From the IMG/VR virus record IMGVR_UViG_3300017964_000010, positions 1 to 64,000 of that record: DNA of 64,000 nucleotides; one strand, 5' to 3'. Source of the DNA: a virus. Of this stretch, positions 1 to 9,800 are shown one piece after another. Position numbers and translations under genes: made by a program. The stretch's first letter is position 1, and each line of letters starts with the position of its first letter. The notes under the pieces are model-generated. The model made no database searches, was not told the origin of the DNA, and saw only the letters and a program-made list of their open reading frames with translations.

Positions 1-878
1 CCTGTACCCACTCTTGTATCAAAGATTGCATTTGTCGCGCCTGTTTTTGTACAATACAGCCAAGTCTCAAATGTCCAACTACCAGTGCCAAAACCAAATC
101 CTGCATCATTAGGTATTGCAAGGAAATCCCCAGACCCATCAAAATGATTGCTATACCCCCCATGCCTGTACGGACTAAATGTGCCAGCATGAGTATCACC
201 GTTGACTGTAATAGTATGATTACTAGTAGACTCGTCAGTTATGTTATTATTGTCTGAGGTTCCAGTTGCTGTTGCTAGTAAAGTTGTATACCTACTGTTT
301 TCTATAATAGTAATAAATCTCAAGGTAAATGATGAAACTGAAGGTAGAATATTTACTCCATCACTGGCTCTAAAGGTAATCGACCCAGTTAATTCAGCAC
401 CTTCTCCAACTTCTGAAACTGTTTTAGGAGTGATAGTAAAGACACTTGAATCTTGACTGATAGTAGCCATCGAGTCCATAGATCCAGCAGTTACATAAGA
501 ATATGATATGGGAAGACCGTCTGGATCTGAAGCGGCTAATGTAATAATAGTAGCATCCTGTGGGCTATCAGCATCCAACACATAAGATGACAAAGGTTGT
601 CCACCAGAATCCCATGTTGGAGTGGTGTTAATAAGGGCTATATTGTACCAACCCGATCCATTCCAGATGTAAAGTCTATTTGATGATTGTACAAAAGCTT
701 GATCTCCTATTTCGTTACCAGTATTTGGGAGTAAATCTGGTGATGCAAAATCTCCAACAGAAGCTTCATCTACTGCAGATGCAATTGTTGCAGGAGTAAC
801 ACTTGGATTTGATGTTATTTCAGAAAGTATAGGACTTTCTATCATAGATTTTGCTAAAAGTCTTGCTTTACTTGGCAT
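1..878 (-). CDS. LamG/concanavalin-A-like domain virion adhesin, paralogue of 886..3354 (runs off window start; not in ORF track)
   Basis: Manual translation from ATG at 878: MPSKARLLAKSMIES...LPNTGNEIGDQAFVQSSNRLYIWNGSGWYNIALINTTPTWDSGGQP...HAGTFSPYRHGGYSNHFDGSGDFL...WTFETWLY. Open to base 1 and closely matches the neighbouring gene's N-terminus. Confidence 0.85.
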   Translation of the reverse strand, partial: MPSKARLLAKSMIESPILSEITSNPSVTPATIASAVDEASVGDFASPDLLPNTGNEIGDQAFVQSSNRLYIWNGSGWYNIALINTTPTWDSGGQPLSSYVLDADSPQDATIITLAASDPDGLPISYSYVTAGSMDSMATISQDSSVFTITPKTVSEVGEGAELTGSITFRASDGVNILPSVSSFTLRFITIIENSRYTTLLATATGTSDNNNITDESTSNHTITVNGDTHAGTFSPYRHGGYSNHFDGSGDFLAIPNDAGFGFGTGSWTFETWLYCTKTGATNAIFDTRVGT

Positions 879-885
879 ATCTTTA

Positions 886-3354
886 TTATCCTCTAAATGG
901 TAATGTTGGTGGTGTAAAGCTTGTGACTGCTGGGCTTCCGTATACGTTATATGTGGATATTTTTATATCACTAGCATACCCAGCATAAGGTGTACCGGGT
1001 CCTGATGATCCAAATGAAAAATATACATTATCAGCACTTGGATCAAGTAACCCAGCTGATAAATTACCAGTCATTACACGAGTTCCATTTAAATACAAAG
1101 AACAGCTTGTTGCTCCCGAGTTTGACATAAAACAAACATGTTGCCATGTATTTGCCGCAAGTTTATAACTATTTGAAGTTTCTTGATTAAAAAATTGGGT
1201 ACCACCGTTTCTCACTGTTAATCTTAAATTGTCAGTATTTTCTTGTTGAAATAATATATACGTGATTCCGCTACCAAGAAACCAAACAATTTTATGAGCT
1301 AATCCATTAGCTTGAACATGTGTAGGATTTATCCAGCATTCAATTGTACACGGCGCGGCAAATAAATTTGGAAACCCAGGACCACCAGCATTTTTTGATG
1401 GTATTTTAACATAATAATCGTTGCTAATAGTACTAAAATCTATAGATTTAGTTCCCGCAAAATTAACTGATGTTGTTGTGCCTACAGTCCCAACTGCTTG
1501 CAAAACCGATCTTTGAGACTTATCAATGATGGATGCGTCTGTTCCTTTGAGGTGTAAAGATGTACCAGATGATGATAGTGGAAATGTAGGTGGAGTGAAA
1601 TTGCTAGTATAAATGGCAGTATCTTTGACTATTCGTAAATCGCTGATATAAACTGAACCAGTGTTTTCTCCAATGAAAGCATTCCATCCAATACCAACAT
1701 TACTTGAAATAAAGTTTGTACTATTTGATGCTGACCCTACACTTGTGCCATCAACATAGATACTGATTGTACCACTATTACGAACCCAAGCGACATGATG
1801 CCATTGATTTACATTAATGGTTCCAACACCATTAGGAAATATTTCACCAACAGTGGTATAAAAATAAACGCCTGTTCCCGCTTGAACGGTGATAGTAACA
1901 TATGCTCCGTTTGTGCTGACGGGCCTTGTATCAACAATTTGACTTGCAGTTGTATCATTACAATAAACCCACGCTTCTATAGTAAAATCGTTCGTTCCAA
2001 AATCAGCTATATTAGTATCATTTATTGTTAAATAATCCCCAGTCCCATCAAAATACACAGACCCACCATGATCCGCAACTTCGTATTCATTGTTGTCGTA
2101 AGGGCCAAATGGTCTTGTTGAGGTATTACCGTTTACTGTAATAGCATGATTGTTGGTAGAACCATCTGCTATGTATGGAAGATGGCAGGTGAGTAATGAA
2201 GTATTTGCTATAGCGGTAAGGCGTGCAATTGGTGGAGTAAAGTTGCTAGTATAAACAGCGGTGCCTTTTACTATTCTAAAATCAGAAATATATCCGCCGA
2301 ATATTTCATTATACCCTCTTGTAAATCCAATAGAGAGAGGCTCATCTATCTCAGATACACTTACAGTTTGAGAAAGCACCTGAGTGCCATTTACAAAAAT
2401 TTTAATATTCGTGCCATCATATACCCATGCACAATGGCTCCAAGCATTACTTACTAAAGTAGTGGAACTTTCATAATTTGTTCCATTATAAAAACCAATG
2501 ACACCAGTGCTAATAGCTAAATAACCATGGTAACTTGTAGTGTTGCTGCCACTGACACGCTTTGAAAAAATCGTTCTATATTTACTATAATCAAGCATGG
2601 GAAATACCCAACACTCAATCGTAAAGCTTGTATTTGCTAAGTTTATCGAAGCATCATTTGAAATAGTTAGATAATCCCCATTCCCATCAAAGTAAGTGCT
2701 ATACCCACCATGCCGATAAGGACTAAACGTACCGGCATGAGCATCGCCGTTTACCGTAATTGTATGATTATTAGTGGAAGAATCGGTTATATCATTGTTA
2801 TCTGAAGTATTCGTGACATCAAATAAAGCAATAGTGTGTTTACTGTTTTCAATACTAACTATAAATGTAAGTGTAAAGTTTGATATTTGAGGCAAGATAT
2901 TAACACCATCGCTTGCTCTAAAGGTAATTGATCCAGTGTATGTCCCTTCACCAAGCTGTGCAAGTGTTTTAGGAGTAATCGTAAATACGCTTGAGTCTTG
3001 ATTAATAGTAGCCATTGAATCCATTGATCCACCAGTAACGTAGGTGTAATTTATTGGAAGACCTTCTGGATCTGAAGCAGCTAGTGTAATGGTAGTTGGG
3101 TCTTGTGGGCTATCTGCATCCAATACATAAGAACCAGAAGGTTGTCCACCAGAATCCCATATTGGACTCGTATTAATAAGAGCTATATTGTACCAGCCAG
3201 TGCCGTTCCAGATATAAAGCCTATTTGTATCTTCAACAAAAGCTTGATCTCCAACTTTATTACCAGTATTGGGAAGTGCATTTACATCAGCATAGTCTTC
3301 ATTTTTAGGGGCTTCAGCCAATTCTGATAATAATCTACCTTTTGATTTTGTCAT
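886..3354 (-). CDS. Virion adhesin/tail fibre with three LamG (concanavalin A-like lectin/glucanase) domains
   Basis: Repeated FDGxGDYL...FTIExW...WxHxAWV...IxVNG...GYISDxRIVKGTAxYTSNFTPP motifs typical of phage LamG_3 domains. Confidence 0.8.
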   Translation of the reverse strand: MTKSKGRLLSELAEAPKNEDYADVNALPNTGNKVGDQAFVEDTNRLYIWNGTGWYNIALINTSPIWDSGGQPSGSYVLDADSPQDPTTITLAASDPEGLPINYTYVTGGSMDSMATINQDSSVFTITPKTLAQLGEGTYTGSITFRASDGVNILPQISNFTLTFIVSIENSKHTIALFDVTNTSDNNDITDSSTNNHTITVNGDAHAGTFSPYRHGGYSTYFDGNGDYLTISNDASINLANTSFTIECWVFPMLDYSKYRTIFSKRVSGSNTTSYHGYLAISTGVIGFYNGTNYESSTTLVSNAWSHCAWVYDGTNIKIFVNGTQVLSQTVSVSEIDEPLSIGFTRGYNEIFGGYISDFRIVKGTAVYTSNFTPPIARLTAIANTSLLTCHLPYIADGSTNNHAITVNGNTSTRPFGPYDNNEYEVADHGGSVYFDGTGDYLTINDTNIADFGTNDFTIEAWVYCNDTTASQIVDTRPVSTNGAYVTITVQAGTGVYFYTTVGEIFPNGVGTINVNQWHHVAWVRNSGTISIYVDGTSVGSASNSTNFISSNVGIGWNAFIGENTGSVYISDLRIVKDTAIYTSNFTPPTFPLSSSGTSLHLKGTDASIIDKSQRSVLQAVGTVGTTTSVNFAGTKSIDFSTISNDYYVKIPSKNAGGPGFPNLFAAPCTIECWINPTHVQANGLAHKIVWFLGSGITYILFQQENTDNLRLTVRNGGTQFFNQETSNSYKLAANTWQHVCFMSNSGATSCSLYLNGTRVMTGNLSAGLLDPSADNVYFSFGSSGPGTPYAGYASDIKISTYNVYGSPAVTSFTPPTLPFRG

Positions 3355-3391
3355 CTTTATATAACCTTAAATTAGTCTATACTATTTATTA

Positions 3392-6300
3392 TTACTTTTC
3401 TGTTAAAATCCAACCACGGCTTGCGTTATAATAAACTAAACCAAATGAAGCTTCATTTACATCTACGGTTAAATCTGAGTCTGTACCCTGTATCCTATCT
3501 GAAGAAGTTAATATAATATTATTTGTTGCACAGTTTCCGGAGCCATCAATAATTCTAATTTCATTACCAAATGTCGGAGAACTAGGTAAATTAATTGTTA
3601 TAGAATTTGAAGATGTGTCAATTACTAATTTTTTATTTACTGCAGCAGTATATGGTGTAGTATTTACTTCAACATAATCATTAGCTAAAACACTATTTAC
3701 AATACCCGTCACATAATCGGAGTCTGCTCCAGTAATTTTTAATACAGATGAAGTATTTGTTTGTAAAGTATTAATTACAACTTCATCCGCAGCTTCTGTT
3801 GGATCGTTAAAAGTAATAGTATTTGTTGTTGAGTTTACAGTAAAATCTGATGCTAAAACTCTAATACCATTTATAAACACCTGATAATTGTCTGTATCTA
3901 TATTTAATGTTTGTGCATTAATATCAGCACCGGTAAATACCGTTTGTCCAGAATCTGCGGAATAAACATAGTTTTTAAAATATGACTGATTGTGGAAATA
4001 ATTGTTATTAGTAAATTCTTTTATATATGAATTACTATGTGCTGTAATAAGTAATTCGGTTCCGTTTACAACAGGATCAGTAAGAGTAAGAGATGTTCCA
4101 TTTGTTGCAGTATAATCAACACCATCTATAATTACAATACCATTTAAAAATACTTGAAGTTGACCAGAATTATATGATAAAGTATTTCCTACATCATCCG
4201 CGCCTGTAAATATGGTTTGATTAGAATCGGAAGTATATCTAAATGTTGTTGTTGCTGGATCATTAGAAGAAGTAAATGTAGATAAGATATATGCTGAATC
4301 CACAATACCCAATACTTGAGCAGAATCAACAGTTGAAATTCTTGCATTAATATAAGCCGAATCAATAGTATTGATATAATCAAACTGTGGGCTTCTGGCA
4401 AGAATATAAGCTGAGTCAATAAGAGCAACCGTTTCTGCTTCTGTCATTAAAAAACCATCAGCTAAAGCTGAGTCTAAACCTTTTATTTGTCTTTCTCCGA
4501 TATATGCTTCATTTACTATTGATGCAATATAAGCTGAATCCACTGCTCCACTACCAAGGAAAGCAGTAATTGTAATTTCAGAAGAGGACTCTGCAGCATC
4601 GGTAAGTACAATAGAAGATCCGTTAGTTGCGGTATAATCGGTAGAACTCAATAAAATACCATTCATAGAAACTATAATTGCACCAGGATGATAATTAAGT
4701 GTATTACCATTATCATCTGTTCCACTAAAACTCGTCTGATTTAACGACGCTGTATAATTATATACATCTAATCCGGGTAAACTTCTGTAAGTTGATACGT
4801 TTGATAAATTATATGCTTGAATTGTAAGCTCGGATGTTGAAGGAGCAGCTGTATTAAGAACAATAGATGTACCATTAGTTGCTATATAATCATCTGAATC
4901 AGATAATAAAATACCATTTAAATAAACTTGTATATCACCAGACTGATAAGATAAAATTTTACCTTTTATATCAGAACCCGTAAAAGTTGTTTGACCAGAA
5001 TCTGCAGTATAAATAAATGTTGATATACCATCAAGGGCTTTTGAACTTCTTACTCTTTCATTAATATATGCAGCATCTATTAATGCAACTGTATCGTTTG
5101 CAACTATAGTATTAATTACAACTTCGTCTTCAATTATTGCAGCTGTACCAAGAGTAATTGTATTTGTGATAGGATTTGCAGAATAATCTGATCTAAGTAA
5201 TCTAATACCATTTATAAATAATTCATAATTAGAAGAATCAAATGCTAAAGAATTTCCATTTACATCATTACCACTAAATATTGTTTGACCAGAGTCTGCA
5301 ATAAATTTAAAATCTACAAAAGATGCATCAACGGCATTTAAAGAAGAACGTGCAGAAATATAAGCTGAATCAATTATTGCAATTACATCAGCCGAGTCTA
5401 TTGTACCAGTTCCTCCACCAGAATTTGTTGAAGGATTAAAAGTAAATATTCCAGTTGAATTATCATAAGACAAAGAACCGCCGCCTGATGCAGAACCAGT
5501 AGTAACTGATAATCCCGCTCTTGCCTCCGATAAACTAATACCAGAACCACCACCAGACTGTCTAGCTTGAACATAAGCCGAATCAACAGTATTTTGAATA
5601 AGAATAATTGTTGAAGCAGAATCTACTGTACCACCACCGCCGCCACTTATAACAAGATCACCAGACCCTAAAAGTGTATTTCCATTAATTGTTTTAATAT
5701 TGGTTCCAGATACAAGTGTTGATTGAGCATCCGTAATACCATATCCAGAAATTGTGGTAGGTATGCCCGTTAATGAACTAAATGCCCCATCAAACGCATC
5801 CGTAATGCCATAGCCAGCTATTGTTGTTGGCGTACCTGTTAAAGAACTGAAAGCTCCATCAAATGCATCCGTAATACCGTATCCAGCTATTGTTGTTGGC
5901 GTACCTGTTAATGAACTAAATGCCCCGTCAAAATTTACAGAATAATCTGGACCAGAACCACCCATACCACTATGATTAGTGCAATAATAATGTAATCTTG
6001 GTGTTGCAAAAGTAACAGCTATTTCTGTATAAGCACCTGAACTACCAGGTGTTCCAGCAACTGTAACACCTGTTGAATATGTGGCACTTGGACTATTATT
6101 AGCATTAGTTGAAAATCTGAGTGGGTGACCAGAGTTTGATGCATCTGATTGATCGAACCTATATGTTCTGCCGGGTTGCAAATGAAGAACCGGACTAACC
6201 GCCCCACTAAAATAATATTTATTACCAGTTCCATACTCATTAGTACCGCTTGCTACAGTAACTAATACTGTGGTAATAGTTGGCAATTTAGTAGCAATAT

Positions 6301-6847
6301 TATTAGTTACTGTTGTACTAAAGTTAGCATCATCTCCAAGAGCAGCAGCAAGTTCGTTTAAAGTATCAAGTGTCCCAGGGGCTGCATCTACTAATGCATC
6401 AATCTTTAGTTGTGCTCTTGCGTCGGCTCTTGCATCTGTATAATATAAATTAGTACCTTCAGTTAAATCGTTGGTAGATTTTGTTCCTAATCTTGTATCA
6501 AATCTTGCATCTGTATAATATAAATTAGTACCTTCAGTAATATGATCAGTAGTATCTGGTATAGTTAAAACACCAGTAGAATTATCATATGCTTGGGTTC
6601 CTGCAGAACCTAAACTTATAGATGTTCTTATAAGAGGAATAGCTCTAGCCGAATCAATCGAATTTGCTTGTACTATGTCAAGTACACCGGCAGAATCAAA
6701 TCCGGATCCTGCTGCAGGTATTCCTCCAGAAGAATCTATAATTGTAATTATGCTACCGTCGGCTTTAACTGATTTTAATTCACCTCGTACAACAATATCT
6801 TGTCCTACATCTAGGCCATTTTTTACCTTAAAATCTTTATTTGGCAT
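3392..6847 (-). CDS. Tail fibre / virion structural protein (fibre repeats, cupredoxin-like motif, five or more 'ADSGQTxFxG...NG...DYxATNGTS' beta domains)
   Basis: TxDLTEGTNLYYTDAR repeats, APGTLDTLNELAAALGDD fibre motif, PTTIAGYGITDA repeats, YYCTNHSGMG motif, C-terminal T4 gp9/gp10-like 'VYYNASRGWI' domain. Confidence 0.75.
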   Translation of the reverse strand: MPNKDFKVKNGLDVGQDIVVRGELKSVKADGSIITIIDSSGGIPAAGSGFDSAGVLDIVQANSIDSARAIPLIRTSISLGSAGTQAYDNSTGVLTIPDTTDHITEGTNLYYTDARFDTRLGTKSTNDLTEGTNLYYTDARADARAQLKIDALVDAAPGTLDTLNELAAALGDDANFSTTVTNNIATKLPTITTVLVTVASGTNEYGTGNKYYFSGAVSPVLHLQPGRTYRFDQSDASNSGHPLRFSTNANNSPSATYSTGVTVAGTPGSSGAYTEIAVTFATPRLHYYCTNHSGMGGSGPDYSVNFDGAFSSLTGTPTTIAGYGITDAFDGAFSSLTGTPTTIAGYGITDAFDGAFSSLTGIPTTISGYGITDAQSTLVSGTNIKTINGNTLLGSGDLVISGGGGGTVDSASTIILIQNTVDSAYVQARQSGGGSGISLSEARAGLSVTTGSASGGGSLSYDNSTGIFTFNPSTNSGGGTGTIDSADVIAIIDSAYISARSSLNAVDASFVDFKFIADSGQTIFSGNDVNGNSLAFDSSNYELFINGIRLLRSDYSANPITNTITLGTAAIIEDEVVINTIVANDTVALIDAAYINERVRSSKALDGISTFIYTADSGQTTFTGSDIKGKILSYQSGDIQVYLNGILLSDSDDYIATNGTSIVLNTAAPSTSELTIQAYNLSNVSTYRSLPGLDVYNYTASLNQTSFSGTDDNGNTLNYHPGAIIVSMNGILLSSTDYTATNGSSIVLTDAAESSSEITITAFLGSGAVDSAYIASIVNEAYIGERQIKGLDSALADGFLMTEAETVALIDSAYILARSPQFDYINTIDSAYINARISTVDSAQVLGIVDSAYILSTFTSSNDPATTTFRYTSDSNQTIFTGADDVGNTLSYNSGQLQVFLNGIVIIDGVDYTATNGTSLTLTDPVVNGTELLITAHSNSYIKEFTNNNYFHNQSYFKNYVYSADSGQTVFTGADINAQTLNIDTDNYQVFINGIRVLASDFTVNSTTNTITFNDPTEAADEVVINTLQTNTSSVLKITGADSDYVTGIVNSVLANDYVEVNTTPYTAAVNKKLVIDTSSNSITINLPSSPTFGNEIRIIDGSGNCATNNIILTSSDRIQGTDSDLTVDVNEASFGLVYYNASRGWILTEK
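5726..5932 (-). repeat. 3 x 69-bp tandem repeat encoding FDGAFSSLTG(T/I)PTTI(A/S)GYGITDA
   Basis: Three consecutive 23-aa units are visible in protein and DNA. Confidence 0.9.
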
Positions 6848-6865
6848 AGTTCACTTTCCCCGTGC

Positions 6866-9800
6866 CTAATTTACTACTGTTTTATTTGATACTACTTTAA
6901 CTGTTCCTGTACCACTTGCCTTTATTAGTTTTAATTGAATTTGACCACCATTTTCTACTACATCAATTATACCAAGATCACTATCATTGGCAAAAGTACT
7001 TACTGTACCGTACTGAGTACTAAATACCTGGGATTTATTATATGTAGCAAGTAGTTTGGTTATCTGAGTATGACCTAAACTACTATCTTCCATATGAACG
7101 GTGTATTCAATTGACTTAAAGTTATTACTATGTATTGTTCTATCAAATATTGTTGCTGTGCTAGCAGTTACTGAAGTGGTGGTAGTTCCTGTTGATCCAG
7201 AAGATCCTGCATCTGCTGCAGCTTTAGTAGTAAAGATAGAAATTTCATCACCAGAATCTCTGGCTTCAAAGAATGTTAGACTAGAACTATCGGTATGAGT
7301 ATAATCAACCCCTTTTGTAAGAGTAATACCATTGGCAGTAACTATTGTAGCGGTTGTTACATCATATGATAGAATACCGCCTTCTATATCCGAACCACTA
7401 AATACGGTTTGACCTGCTATTGCAACAAAACTATACCCAACTAATGATCCTCCTCCGGAGCCGGATCCACTTCCTCCTCCAGATCCAGTAATTGATAAAA
7501 TATAATCTGAATCAATTATACTTGTAATATATGAAGAATCTATTATTGCAAGAACTTGAGCAGAATCAACAGTTGAAATTCTTGCATTAATATAAGCAGA
7601 GTCAATAATATTAATATAATCAAATTGTGGGCTTCTAGCAAGAATATAGGCTGAATCAACCATTGCTTCTACAGCGTCTGAATCAACACCTTGAGGTACC
7701 ACTCTTGCTTGTACATAAGCCGAGTCGATAATACTAATATAATCAAATTGTGGGCTTCTAGCAAGAACATAGGCTGAATCAACTAAAGTTGATACTCTAT
7801 CATCTGTATAATATAAGTTTGATCCTTCAAGAAGATCATCAGTTGTTTTAGTTGCTAATCTTAAATCAAAGTCAGCATTTGCTCTTACTGTAGTATAGTA
7901 TAAATTTGTTAAACCTTCAGTAAGATCATCAGTTGTTTTAGAATTAAAGTCAGAATCAAATCCTAGATATTTACCCGATATGCTTCCGACATTTAGTGCA
8001 GCAAGAGTAAATCCTGTGCCATTTCTATTAATAGTAGCTGTTGGATCACTGTCATCGAGAGCAGCATCATCTAATCCATTGAATATATAATATTCACTAT
8101 TTGTTGCATCTCTAAAGAAACCGGTATGTTCTTTTGTAGTGCCACCATCTGGAGAATAATGCCCAATAAAGCCAATATCTACGGCATCGGATAGTTCATT
8201 ATTTTTTCCAAGATGAATCATTGGATCGTCAATACCCAGAGTTTGAGTATTAAGAATTGTTTGTGTACCATTTACAGTAAGATTGCCTGATACTACAAGA
8301 TCAGAAAATTCTACACTGTCACCATTTAGAATAATTCTATTCCAGGCAGATCCAGTAGAAACATATGGTTTGTTGTCGGTGTTTATTACTGCAAACATAC
8401 CTTTATGACTACTTGCAGTAGGCAGAGAAGAAATGTTTGAATATGAATTTCTATATAAAATCTTATGTGGACCAAAGTCCACATCTCTAATTCCTATTCC
8501 AGTAAGTAATTGAGTATAGGAAGAATCAACAATATTTTTAATATAAGCGGAATCAGCAACACTCTTAATATAATCAGAATCAGCATTAAATCTAATCCAG
8601 GACCGATTAGCTGCAGTTTTAATATAATCTGAATCAGCATTAAATCTAATCCAAGACTGATTAGCTGCAGTTTTAATATAATCTGAATCAGCATTAAATC
8701 TAATCCAAGACCGATTGGCTGCCGTTTTAATATAGTCGGAATCGGCGGCTGTTTTAATGTAATCGGAATCAGCATTAAATCTAATCCAAGACTGATTTGC
8801 TGCCGTTTTAATATAGTCGGAATCGGCTACTAATTTAATATAATCGGAGTCCGCTATTGATTTAACATAATCTGAATCAACTATGTTTTTAAGAAAATCT
8901 GGAGTAATTGCAGTTTTAATATAATCTGAATCAGCGGCTGCTCTTATATAATCTGTATTAATTAACTGTGTTGTTAGATTTGAATCAATTAAAATTTGTC
9001 TATCTCTAACAAAATCAGAATCAAATATACCAAGTATGTCTGCCCCGTTTAGCTGTATTTCTGTAGCATTAAATGTACCGTTTACATCAAAATCTACAGC
9101 TGGAACTGTAGTTCCAATACCAACATTTTTACTGCCGTTATAGTAAATGTAAGCAAAATCTTCAGTAAATACGGTTGTTGGAGAGAAAGGCACTCCATTA
9201 AATTGAAGTTGACCATTATTACTAATATTCAGATTACCTTGAATTTCAGTTGTACCACCAACTTTAAGCATATTACCAAAGCCTGGTATATCGGCTGTTA
9301 CACCAATACCAACACTTGGAGTGCCGCCAGCTGGAGTTGCAGTAAGAGATGATCTTCCTATGATGTCAAATCCAAATGCAACACCGTCGCCCAAAGCCCT
9401 ATCAATCATAACTTGGGCCTCAGCTGAATCCAAGAATAAAGTATCATCTAATCTACTGTTAATATAACCTTCGTCAATTACAGTAAGATAAGTTTGACCT
9501 GCTGTAAAGCCAAACATTTGTTGACGGGCAGTTACATAAGCTGAATCAAAGTATTCTTCTGCACTATCTGGTCCAATAAAGTATTGATTTTCATGATGTT
9601 CAATATAAACATCACCAAGAGAATCTTCACTCGGAATAAGTAAATCACCATTTAGATATAATTTACCAGTATAATTAATACTTCCGTCAACATCTAATTT
9701 ATACTTACTTGAGTTTATTGGCTGTCTACCAATACCAATACCGCCAGATATTGTTGTGTAAAGATCATTTGAAATAGGATCACTATAGAAGAAGAATGGG

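Noticed and set aside
1-7781. Diversity-generating retroelement template/variable repeat pairs
   Set aside because: Differences between repeat copies are mostly synonymous and not adenine-specific, and no RT gene is seen.
8518-8945. Possible CRISPR array
   Set aside because: Units are in-frame coding tandem repeats with synonymous variation and no unique spacers; no cas genes are present.
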